Shown here one piece after another: positions 1 to 12,700 of a DNA stretch of 64,000 nucleotides. The notes beneath the pieces are model-generated. The model saw only the letters and a program-made list of their open reading frames with translations, ran no database searches and had not been told where the DNA came from. Source of the DNA: Azolla caroliniana (Eukaryota; Plantae; Polypodiophyta); assembly GCA_043228905.1 (NCBI GenBank), contig JBHGNT010000010.1:18290001-18354000 (forward strand), written 5' to 3'. The position numbers and the translations under genes are program-made. Every line of letters starts with the position of its first letter. The stretch's first letter is position 1.

Positions 1-8
1 TGGGGAGA

Positions 9-341
9 TGTTGAGCGGCAAGCTCAATCGGAGCCGGATCAGCTGAATAAGCCGGAGTCGGTAAGCGAGACGGATCGGGCGAAACGGATCGGTATGACGG
101 TGAGCAACCGAACCGGCAAGCAGTGGAGGTCGGGTGCAATCCGTAACCGGCAGTCCAATCGGAAGCCTAGTACATGATAGACTACTAGGTAGCTATAGTC
201 TCGTAGTAAGTGTCAGATGCTCGTGTGAGCATTGAAGTACATGGTACTTCTGTCAGTCCCAAGAGGACTTGTATAAATAGTGCTACTTAGCACAGTGTAT
301 ATATAGAGTCTTGATATAATTTTGAAATTACGTTCTGCTCT

Positions 342-395
<54 letters not shown>

Positions 396-429
396 GTTCT
401 CTGTTTTACAAAACACGCTTCCGCAAACA
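9..429 (+). mobile_element. 3' LTR of an LTR retrotransposon entering from the left edge of the window
   Basis: Purine tract GGGGAGA (2-8) directly precedes TGTTGAGCGG; the segment ends in CCGCAAACA (imperfect inverted termini, TG..CA); internal TATA-like motif and (CT)n tract typical of plant LTRs. Confidence 0.65.
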
Positions 430-1680
430 CTTACATTTACAGGAGAGGCAGAGTAGGGGGGCACTTGGCACCCAGTTCCAGTGGTGGCGGAGGTTGATAA
501 CATCTGGAAGACAAACTCGGATGTTACTAAGGTGGAACCCCATTGGAAGTTATGGGTATATGGTTCTCGTCCCCTCGTTGAACTAGAATGGGACCCAGGG
601 GATTTCAGGTGGAAACATGATGGCAAACTCTGCTACTTCTTCGAATATAGCACTAAATTGGGGCAGACTTTACAACTGCAGCTCGATGGTCCCCTTCATA
701 ATGGCTGGCGAACATTGGGCATCCCTAACGAGGTGCTCATTACCTTTTGGAAGGGTCTTTGGCATCTCCACATGCCTAAAAAAATCAAGCTCTTTTGGTG
801 GCAGATCGATCATAATGTGGTTCCCGTTGGCGAATGGCTAGGTAAAAGTGGTGGCCCAATAGGTTGCCCGCTTTGCTCTTCACCTATTGAGTCTTTGAGA
901 CATTGTCTTTGGGATTTCCCTCAAGCTCAAAAGGTATGGGACAAAGTCACTCGCCTCCTTGCGGCATGTGAAGTGGAAGGAACATCATCGTGGAGTGATG
1001 CGGCATGGATTGACCACTGAACTGATAGGTGGACGAACGCCTTCAATGCGAATAGTTGGTGTTATGTATGCATGAGAGGCAAAATCGTCAAGATCCTCTT
1101 TGAGAGAGACTTGTTGTCCGCATCCCCTAGGTTCCTGGAAATTTGGAGGTTGATCGCAGGCTTCACCTTGTGGTATGTCTGGAAAGCACGATACCTAAAG
1201 GTTTTCCAAGATCTGGTACAACCCCTAGAGGAAGTGATCATGCATATATGGTTTGCGCTTATCAGCTGCCTACGAGGGCAATTGGACGAGGTTTGCAACC
1301 ACTCCAATGATGTGGCCATTGCCCGTTTGTGCTTTTGGCAGAAATGGTAGAACACACCTATGGTGACGCTAGGAGGAAGTGGCCCAAGGTGGAACTACTA
1401 GCCCCCACGCTGGTTGTTTCCTTCTCACATGCCACCCTCCCTTCGTTGTAGGCCCCAGGAGTCAGCTCATAGTGACCTGACACTAAAGGCCACTGCTTTT
1501 AGTTATAGGTATCTACTTACTTTAGGTAGTCAGTTTGAAAGACTATGTAAATAGTCTCATTTTCTTGATCTTGATTGGAGGGAGATTCCTCGTTTTGTGT
1601 ATAAGCTTCCTTGTATAGTCTCCTTGTAATAACCCTTCCTAACTAATGGGAAAGTAGCTTCATTTTGATAAAAAAAAGAA
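430..1680 (+). mobile_element. 5'-truncated L1-type LINE, ORF2 C-terminal remnant
   Basis: ORFs 481-1020 and 1072-1350 carry zf-RVT-like motifs (W..LW...PKKIKLFWW, CPLC...ESLRHCLW, LWYVWKAR); interrupted by stops; A-rich tail near 1669-1682. Confidence 0.8.
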
Positions 1681-3309
1681 AACTATGGCCACACCACACA
1701 TGAAGGAAGGAATGTCCATAGTTCTTGGCATGCACACAAGAATTTTTTGGAATAAGACACTAATGAAAAATGTGAAAAACTTTGAGATGGCAAGGTTGTG
1801 GGTACAATTCACATATGCTCAAGATGATAAAATGGTTTGGTCAATAACTAAATATTGGAAACATGAATGAAAATCAAACACCACCAACATGTATGCTAAA
1901 TGTGGCTAGCTTGGAAAAAACCGAAAAAACATTTAATGATCTTTCAGATCGGGTGTTGTGGGATAGAGCAGCTTCAATAGTTGCACAATCTCTACGGAAA
2001 ACATAGCATTGTAGCTAATGTGCTTTTTTAAAACTAATGGAAGGATATTTTGTTTAAATCAATCAATCAAACAAACACCACCACCGTCCACGAGGTTTTC
2101 CTCAAGTTTAGCAAGATAATGAGAACAATTATTCAATTACTATCATACAAATATCACTATACAAATTTAAATGGTGTCAAACTAATTTTCTTTTTCATTT
2201 TGCCAAAGCAATTTGCAAACATACTAGAGCACTTGTTACAAATATATCTTAAGTGGTCTCCTTTTATTAAATGTTTATGTGAGCTATTTAACTATGGCCG
2301 CACCACTCACTTCTTCACAAAATTGCATAACACATTGTGATTCAAGTATATGCAACATATTTTTTATTGCACTTAGATGCCAAAGGTTGTGAAATGACCC
2401 CATAACAATGCCCTTCTTGGATTTAAGCTTGAGAGGCTGACCAAAAGAATGACGTAACTTATGCCCATATTAATAATTAAGATGTCATATTTAAGTGACA
2501 TGTCACTAAAATATGAGGGCATTTGCCACTCGACATTCAAAGTGCTATCAAACATTTTGTCCTTTAGTTATTCGATTGAGTACAAGCCCACACTTAGAGT
2601 TCAATATTTCATTGAAGCAAGATCTTAATCTACCTTTTAATTGTCCAATAGCCTATAAAATAACATGAAGGTAGACCATCACAATCACAATATGATGGAA
2701 AATAAAGTATTATTAGTTAACCCACCACAACATTTCTTATTAGTGAAAATGTATTTTGTCAAAAGATGTCAAGAAATGAAACACTTCTTTAGTTTGCACT
2801 TTCAACATGGGAGCTATATGTTAATCTACCTTTTTAATTATCCATAAACTATATATAAGCTAACCATAAGGCAAACCCTCTCATAATCATGACATGATGG
2901 AAAAGCCCAGTATTATTGCATAACCCATCACCATAATAGTTATTTGATGAAATTGTCTTGAAGTGGAACAATGTTATATGCCTATGGCAATAGTTGTCTC
3001 TAGTACATATGTTCAAGGTCATGTGGCATTGGTTGTCTCAATAGACTATTAAACAACTGGGCACAACACATACATATTCCTTATATCCATGGGCATGTTC
3101 ATCATCATTTGGTTTATGATCCTTATTAATAGTTGAAAAAAATGCTTCTTTTTTTTATATGAGCTCCACATTTAGAACTATTGAATCTCACTTTGCAAGA
3201 TCTTTACAATGAATGACAATCAAGTTTTTTATGATATTAGGTAGAAAAAACTCCCTACAAAGGAGCCTAGAATGTACCTTCAAGGGATAACTAAAAGACC
3301 CCTTCTTCT

Positions 3310-4060
3310 TCTTTTTTCAAAGAAAAAACTGCTTCCCATTAGTTAGGTGAATCGCATATACATATATTGTACTATTTACAAGTTGATTTCATATATATTT
3401 GGCTATCGTTGTGTAACACCTTAGGTAAAAAAAGATGGGGCAATCACTATCCACATAACAACAAACAACAACTAGCAAGCTTCTGAACTTAGCTAGACAT
3501 TGATATCACTAAAAGCAATATGGGTGATTTGTTGGTTGGGGTAGAGCTAGTGAGGAGGTTGTAAGCACCATTTCGGATGTCCTGGTGTAAAGTCCACCAA
3601 TGGTGTGTTTTCCCAAAGTGAGATAAATTGCGCTCGTGCCAACTCTTGAGACTCTGAATCTCCCTGCAAATTTATCAATTTGTGCACGCAACATACCACT
3701 AGCTTAGTCCATTTAGTTGTGATGGCAACTGCAATTGTGCGTGTTTCCTCTGAGTACCATTTGCTACATTTGTATATTCAAATATTCCACATACCGAGTG
3801 ATGCCACATTTGACCATCCTTCATGCAAATACGGAGGAGTCCTACGCTCCACACATCCAAACATTCTTTTGCAAAGACCACCATATAGCATAACCAAATG
3901 AAATCAAGCATTCCATTCTACATACTACCAAAATACATATAATCCTTTCCTAAAGCATATTTGCGTACTTGCTAGGACCACAAGCAATATTCAATCAATT
4001 CTGAATTGTAGTTGCAGCTCCTACATGTGCCATCTTTGCCTCTCCGTTTTAGCCATTTAC
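3310..4060 (-). mobile_element. Degenerate L1-type LINE 3' fragment
   Basis: Minus-strand 3' end AACTAATGGGAAGCAG...AAAAAAA resembles the tail at 1641-1680; W-rich degenerate coding fragments. Confidence 0.5.
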
Positions 4061-5524
4061 CAACTCCTTATTGTTTTTATTAATATGTAGATAAAATAAC
4101 CCTTTTTCCACCATAAACAATTAAATTCTGGAAATGTTTTCTCAAAAGTAGACAACCCTTCATATACAAGGAAAGTATTTTAGAACTAGAGTTTGAAACA
4201 AGACTAAGGAGAGTGAAAATGTTAGAGTGAGGGAAGCATTCCATGGTTAGTGTTTTGTTGAACGTGGAAACCTTAGGTAAGATGTCAATGTGAATTGCTC
4301 ATACATTATATTATAGTTAATCATCAAACTAGAACACTTCAGGTGGTGAATGATTAAAAATTCATTATAACATGGGAGAGGAATTGACTCCTTTCAAGGG
4401 CTCGTTGATCCTCAACTTAAGATCCATTCTCTCAAAATGTACTCATCATAATTTAACCTAAACTTCTCATTTGTGTAAGATTGGCTCTAGATCTTGGGTG
4501 TCACATTGCTTTAGTAAAAGATCCCATATCTAAAAAAAGAAGGTACGGAAGAACAAGTGCCACCTTTGCATTGCAAATGTGAGATGAAATCTATATGAAA
4601 TTAATCAAAAGTATATAAGCAAAAGTTTATTTGCCTACACCCCACCCTTCTATAAAATTCATAATGTCATGGCAATTAGTTTACTGGTTACATATTCCAC
4701 TTTCATTTACATATTCAATATTTAAAGGATTTTGGGTGTTCAAGGTCTTTATTTTTTGAAGTTCAAGTTTTCTTACGCTTCTTCTTCTTACTTGGAGTTT
4801 AGGTTGGATGAGTGGAGAGTGTGAGATGGGAGTTGGAGCCACCTGTCCTCCATCATCATCTATTTCTATTTCGAAATCTCCTTCACCAAGCTACCATAAT
4901 GTGTTAGGTAAGCGCGGAGAAAAGAAGTCGGAAGTTAGTTTGGTTATCGGTTAAGGAAGGTATCTCACAGTGGCATAAAGTACAATGCACCAACAAGAGA
5001 CAACATATTCATTGACTGTAGGCAAGATTGTCGAAGACCACAAAGTTTGGATCCTTACGGTTAGCACATTCAACCTAACTATGTAATAACCATTGTAAAC
5101 ACTTGTGATTATTTTGTAATACCGTTGTAAAGACTATTTTGTAAAGGGAATTTCTTTTGTAAAAAGCTAATATTGGATCTTAATCTAGGTCTTGTTGTAT
5201 TAATGGGGTGTAATTGGCCTTGATCTTGTGTTAACCACTTCAACACTTTTGTCATACGAGATAAAATAGTAGCATTGACAAAAGGTGAAGGAATTTCTCA
5301 ACTCTTAGGTTTCCTAGAGTCTAAACTTTTAATTGACAATGCTATTCACACAAATGGAAATTACACAAGGTCACCCATAAAGGGGTTTAAAGTCTTCTCA
5401 CAAGGCTTCACATCCTCCTTAGTTTAGGTTTACTGCAATCTCATTCAAGTAGCACATGCACACGCATTTACACAAGACCACATGACTATAGAATGCAAAC
5501 CAAAGAAACCATCCATGCATTGTG

Positions 5525-5755
5525 TAGAGAAATGACAAGTGAAGTGAGACATCTTGATGTTAAAGAAGTGGTAAAGATAAGACAAATCCATAGTCATACC
5601 TTGACAACAATAGTGATCATGAGAGGGGATAGAGGAGAGAGGAGAGAAAATGACAAGTGAGACATTGATGTTAAAGAAGTGGTAAAGATAAGACAGATCC
5701 ATAGTCATTACCTTGAGCAATGGTGATCATGAGAGGGGAGAGGGGAGAGAAAATA
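5525..5755. repeat. Local tandem duplication, ~120 bp unit x2
   Basis: GATGTTAAAGAAGTGGTAAAGATAAGACA.ATCCATAGTCAT...GTGATCATGAGAGGGGA occurs at ~5556 and ~5667. Confidence 0.8.
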
Positions 5756-6757
5756 CAAACATGGACAAATATTATGGTGCAAAAGTGTGTTATATTGGAT
5801 GGTGAATGCAAAGGAGGAATCATATAAAGGTTTTAGAGAGGCTATAGTGCATTCTTATGTAAGGTGACATTCACTATATATTTGTATGAATAATTTTAGA
5901 CAAGAACATTTATTTGTACTTCCGACTCAATGAGGCAAACATATTGATCTGTATCCATGTATGGCATCGTTTTAATGCTATTTAATAACCATGTGTTCTC
6001 ATTAAACACTTACTCATGGCTCTAGTTTGTCTTCTTTGATTCTAGATTTAATGTAGAATAATTTTGTTTCTCCTAAAGTTCACTAGATACACATGATGCC
6101 CACATGGTTCTATTGCTACGTGATACAATGTGTTATAAATATGGTTCCATAATCCATCCATTTTTTCCTCTTTCTCCGATGCAATTAGTTCTAAAAGTAC
6201 AAACATATACTTCATCCATGTTGACTCACATGCATGATTCACTTGTACATAATTGAGCCACCATTCACTGCATAACCCACATTTGAATCCCCTGAAAATA
6301 CAGATTATATAACATAGAAAAAATTTGTTCCTAGTTTATTTGGGGTCTTGATTATCATAACATTAAGCCACGTGAAGTCAATACTTTTTTTTACACAAAA
6401 ATTGTTCTTTTTGTGTTCTCAATCTGAGGTCATAGTCACAATTTTGTATAATGTAAAGAAATGTCTGACACAATAGAGGTAGATATTTCATATGTTACTT
6501 AAAACAAAATGGAAATATAATTGCTTTTCTTGTCGCAATCATTACGAACAAGTGCCAAATTCCAATCCTTTCCAAAAAATTGTTAAATATTAGTACACTT
6601 CAGGTTCCTGAGAAATGATGAGGTCAGATGTTTATATATCAAGAGGAAGGGAAGATCCAGTAAAAGCAAAAAAGAACAAATTCCAAGTCAAAATATTCAA
6701 ACTTGGGTGCCATAATATTTTGCAGAATATACTTTACATCGAGAAGTGTTCCTTGCC

Positions 6758-9700
6758 TTAATCCACACACTCTGGTGACAAATTTAAGTCCTCGCTTAGT
6801 CTCATACGCTTATGGCTAACTATCGGAAAGCCCTCACAAGAGTCGACCCTACAAACACACATTCATCTAACTAATTGGTAACTGTTATCGGCAATGTATA
6901 AATAATCTAGCTATTACCCATATTTGACCAAACTCTATGTTTCTAGAATTAGCATAGCCATCTCATTGTAAGAATTCAGATATTCTAGTAACTTTTGAGG
7001 GTCTTTTAGTAAATACCCAACAAATTAGGGGTATTTGAGTCTATTTTCCCACAAAACATGTTATTGACAAGCTAGAGTCCAGCATACCTCACCGGGATCG
7101 ATCCATTATTTTGACCATTCTCGAGTATCGGATTTGAGAATGAGCTACCTGAACCCGTGCCCTCGGACGGACACAGATCAGCTATGACTAGTGCCTTGGA
7201 TACCATATTTGAGTTCTTGTTTACTGATTTCATTCCATCTTTCATCTGTAATTATCGAGAAAAAAGTTTCATTTACCAAATTTTAATAAACATTTTCATG
7301 AAAAATATCCCTGCTATTACTTACTCAAATGTATTATTGTGATCATGAACATAGTGAATTAAAAATCTTGTTATATTTCATTTTTTACATTCATTTAGGT
7401 GTAGAGTTGAAAAGTAATACACGCAAGTAAAAAAGATGTTCTTTAATCTGGCTTGAGCATGTGCAATATTTATGTAGCAACCGATACCAATTAGACAGAC
7501 AGACAATGACAAATAGTACCTTCTCCTTCAAGTCCTCCAATTGCTCCAAAATTAACTGGTCCTATTAGAAACATAATCAATCCATTTTATCTACATATTA
7601 ACACAAGAAGATAATAATAATAATAATAGCAACAATAAAGGTATGAGAGTAGCTCATTACTTTCTTTGCATGAACTCGCGCCAAATTATCTTGGATTTGT
7701 TGCTCCAAATGCATGAGCTCCTTCAATGACAGACGCTCAAGGTCGCCCATAATTGCATTGCTATATTTATAGTGATTCATCCAGTGTTACAATGAGATCT
7801 TTCAATATATTTTAATATATCACATTCTGAAATCTCTACAAAGTCTTAGTACCTTTGCAATCCTTTTAGCTTTTGGATGTAGGTTTCAATGTTCTACAAA
7901 TCGCCATAAATATTGGACATTGTCAAAATTTATTTTTAGGGCGAACTATATTATGTGAACTTAATTATATAAGGAAACTTGTTATTTGAACCTACTGTTT
8001 TTAACATTGGTAAGCCATAACTCACATCTGAGGACTGGTTTGTTTCAAAGCCTGGATCTACACCTTCTGAACACTTCATGTATCGTTCAAATATGCTCTC
8101 CATGCTAAAAGAAAGAAAGATGTATTAATGTCTTTTAAGAGGCCAAAATAGCCTATAAGATCAAACAAGAAATTACATCTCAAGTATTGTCTCGCCTTTG
8201 AGAACAAATCAAAATAAAATAAATGTTACCAAGCAAAAATAAAGGTATTTAGGATAAAAAGAGACTAAAAAATCTTGTAATCCACACATGTAAGATTCTC
8301 ACGTAAGAAGTATTCTAGCTTTTGTCTTCGAAAGATCTCTCGCATAGGTCAATCTAGAATAGAGGGGTCTCCAAAGCGAGGAAAGCACCTGTGATGGCTG
8401 GAGATAATGGCCTTTATCTGTAGATGACAAGAGTGATGAGGTCGTGGTCCATGGAAACGGGCCTACGTGCGACAAATTGCTATTGCTCAATCTATTGTAA
8501 TGTCCTGGTCGGAAGCCCATTTGTGTGTCCTGGTTAGGTTCCCATTTGTGTAGCCCTTCATTGACTCGTAGAATTAGTTTGGAGGGACGAAGTGATTGTC
8601 CTTCAACAACTTTTCTCTGTATCTCGTGAGTTCTAGCAAGAAAAGTGATCCTCAAATTCCATCACCTTGCATAGTGGGTCAAAGCCCTGCTTAAAGACAA
8701 TGGTATCTCCCCCTTATTCATAAAAGACACTACAATGACAAACATAGCGTTCTTTGTATTTGTACATATCTGACTACCTCAAACAATAACTTATGTGATG
8801 AAGTTTGCAACTGCACTATCACACTGTGCAACGGGTAGATATATATCCATTTAGGATGGCATGATGATGAATCCATCCTCCGATGTATGTAAAAAGTGGG
8901 ACATCTCTGTACCAAATGATATTTTAGGGCTGATCCATGTTATCTTGTTTTCCAAGTTAATAATATCAGTTCAGATCACTCTATTGTTTTTCACTTTAGT
9001 CATGTCTAGATGGGATTTATGCCATGTGACCTCTAACCATTGGTGCATTTCAGCATACCAAAAATGAATCTCTCCATATTTAGTCAGTTGCCTTGATGAC
9101 ATGAGTGCCAACCTTGAGTACTTTCCTTTAGCGCTCCCACAGACTTGGGATGTAGGTCACTAGTCGAAATAATGCCTCAATATTATAGGGGCTGGCCCCA
9201 TATCTACCCGAATTATATCATGGGGCACCGATGCTTTGCTCCTTATCATGCGGGCAATAATTTACACTAAGGGTCGCTCTAAATCTTTCCAGTAATTTTC
9301 CTTGTTTAACACTAAGTTCCACGTTTCCACTCCATAGAGAAGAGTTGGCATCACAAGTGTATCAAATAGCCATAGTTTAGTTCGTGGGTCTTGGACTTGC
9401 AAATGTGCACATTGCCTTTCGAGAGTACCAAGGGCTGCATATCCATGAGAAAGTCGGGCACAAGCAGCCTCCTATAAGTAGAACCTAGGCCCAGAAATGT
9501 TACTCCTAGGTAAGTGTAGGATCATGTGTATGCCACCTTTTCCTGTCCCAAGAAGAATTCTGATTCTGATCTTGTTACCCATGTGGTGTTAAACACCATC
9601 ACTTTAGTTTTATCCATGTTATCTACAAACCTCTGTCCATACAAGATAGTTTTAAGGTAGATGTCTTTGTAGTCCCTTCGGAGAGTCAGAAATCAGCACA

Positions 9701-12700
9701 ATCATCAGCATATAGTAATATTCATAATGCTATACCCGTTAGGCATGCTCCCGAACCTGCAAATCTCTATGTAATGTGACACCTCATCTATATAGAGATT
9801 GAAGAGAGTGGGAGATATTGGGCATCCTTTTTTCACTTTGATTGTCCTAGCCACCACCTCCGACAAATAAACCGAGCACACAACAATGTCAAGGGCTTTT
9901 TGAAAATCCACAAAGTGGCAGTAAATCCTCTTATTATTGGCTCTGGCCTCCTTCCTAAAGCCTGCCTGTCCAGCTGAACCACAATAATTTCACTTTACGC
10001 ATATACTCAATTCTGACTCTAGGATCAAGCCATATAGTTTATCCAAGTAATGGCCAATCGTGATTGTCCTATAGTTCCTTGGCATCATAGGGTATCCACT
10101 CTTGAGAATTGGCACAATGGTATGTTCTATCCATCTAGTAGGGAAACCTTCACACATGGATCTATGAAAGAGGTGTGCTAGAAATGGGAGCAAGATGTCA
10201 CGAACATTGATAAAGTGCTCACCAACCAATCGATCATGATCCTAGGCCTTGCCAAATTGTAATTGATTAATGACATTTCTTACCTTTTGTGGGAGTAAAA
10301 CAGGTGGATTCATGTGGGCATGAGGCTTGTGGGCGGGGAAGTGGAGGCTGGCCCGGGATATCATATAGGAGCTTCGCATATTCATGCCCACACCTGAGGT
10401 GAGGTCACTTTATCCAATGACTTTGACAATCCTTGTGTAATTTCATCTAGGGGTGTCAACGGATCCAAATGTAGCATGCCATTATATGCTCCACAACTAT
10501 TCTCGCTAGTAAATTGGTACTTAGGCAACCCATCCTCCTTATTATATACATCCCTTGTGCATCCATCATTCACCTCAATGCGTAGATATGCATTATTTGC
10601 TACCAAACCAATAGGTCTACCCAATATAGTGAACTTTGTTATTTCAAGTATAAGATATGGAGATCCCATCAGGTAATTGATGGTGCTTGCACCTCCTTTG
10701 GAGAAATGCCATATTTAGTTACTCCACTCATATCTTGAGCTTGTCGTTTTAGACCAACCTCTTTTGCCATAACGTCTTCATAAACAACCTCGTTTGTGTC
10801 AAACATTGTTGTTTGTTCATCCTTAGTTCATGCATTGAAGTCTCCTACAATATTATGTCCCCCATAGTGGCAAATATTATGATACCATCCTATAATGTTA
10901 GATATGGTGATTCATCTAGAGGTGGAAAGTAGCAATTGCAATATATAGTTCCCTAAGTTCCTCTCTTTTGATTCATATCCACATATAATGTGCATCTACA
11001 TCCTTATGAACGACATGCATCTATCATGGAGCTCCTTTTGTACAACATAGCCACTCCAAAACCTCTAGCCGTCTTGGTGTCTGGGTTTGGGGATGGCATA
11101 CTGACTCCCATCTATGTCCTTGTACATCCAGGAGTTTACTAGCCAAGTATTGGTGGGTCTTTGTATACATAGAAATATCTGTGTTTTTGAAGGTATCTTC
11201 AAATTACCCGACATATGTCCGTTGGAAGTCGTTGCAATTCCATATAAGCATGTGTAAGGTCTTGTAGGCCATACAATGTCATGTGCTTATCTTCTATGTG
11301 ATAATGACCTTACCATCTCTATATAAAACCCATTTTCCTTCCTTTCTTGCGTTGAGCACTCGTGGCATGTTTTCTTTGTTATGTGCTACTTGAGCAATAG
11401 TTACATTGTCAACTAGGTATATTTTGTCACCCTTGAGTCCTTTCTTTTGGATGGGAAGGCTTTTTTCTTTTCCATATCCATGAAGCAAATAATCCAGGCT
11501 TTAGTTCTAGACTCATCTCTTCCCACCCTCCACGCTAAAGTAAATGGAATATCTCATGCCCCAAGAGCATTTGACTCCAAGGAACCCCGACCCCAACAAT
11601 CCTTACCCTAGTGAGCACTACACATAAAAGAGGGAGAATCTACACGAGCCAACCCGAAAAGAGGGGTTTCTTTTGAGTCTTCTCTAGCAACATCCCACCC
11701 TTAGTGGTTCAGGTCCCCTGTGGTTTTGCTCAAGTAGCACAGGCACGCACATTTGCACAACAACCATAATGGGCAACTGTTAATTGATATGGTAAAGACT
11801 CAGTGGTAGACACCATCATGGCAAAACTAATTGAGGTTTCTATTCCAATGGTAACTGACAGCATCATGGCTAGTCAAATCAATGACACTACATTTTTCTT
11901 GATATTATCCACATATGTATCTCCACCTAGTATGTCATGGTTAGGGTTATGTGCATGACTATAACTTATCATGAGATAGGTTTTCCATAGTTTTCCCTAA
12001 TCTTAATTCTAAAAGGAAGGAGGTACGAGTTGTAATATTCAATTCTACAGTGTGAGATAATTATTAATTGTTTTATCACTTAACTACTTCATATAAATTA
12101 GTCAAGTGTGAACGCTCTAGGGCCTAGGGTTTCTGCCAATATAACAAGGTTAGCTACCTTCTTATTAGAGGAAGCTTGACTTATGTTGAGATTATGTCAA
12201 TGTGGCTATGGTCCTTGTTAGCTAAGCATGTGTGATTCTTGCGGAACCCAAGGTACGACTCGCATCAACCCTTAATGGTATGGGACGTGGAGGAGGTTCC
12301 AATCCATCTCACATCGTCCCTCAATCCTCAACGTATGGGGTATTTACAAAAAAAGAAAAAGACAATTACCTCCGATCCGGATCCGGTGATTGCGCACACA
12401 CGAGGTGAATTCAAAGAAGCTATAACTGATTAACCCATTCAAAGTTCTGTGGAGAGCCGGATGAGGGGAGACCTTCACGTCAGGTTCGGAGGGCAGGGTG
12501 ACCTTGACCCTTACGATTATCTCTGCGTTTACTGGATATGTCTTGCTTTTTTTTCTTTTGTCTTATTTCTGTTTGATTTGTGAGGCAACACCCCCAAACC
12601 ATGATTGGCAATAGCATTGCTGCTAAATATCATCCATGGTGGGCAATGGCATTACAACCTAGCCAACGCCTTGTAGCTATAGCGCAATCAAATAGCGTGT

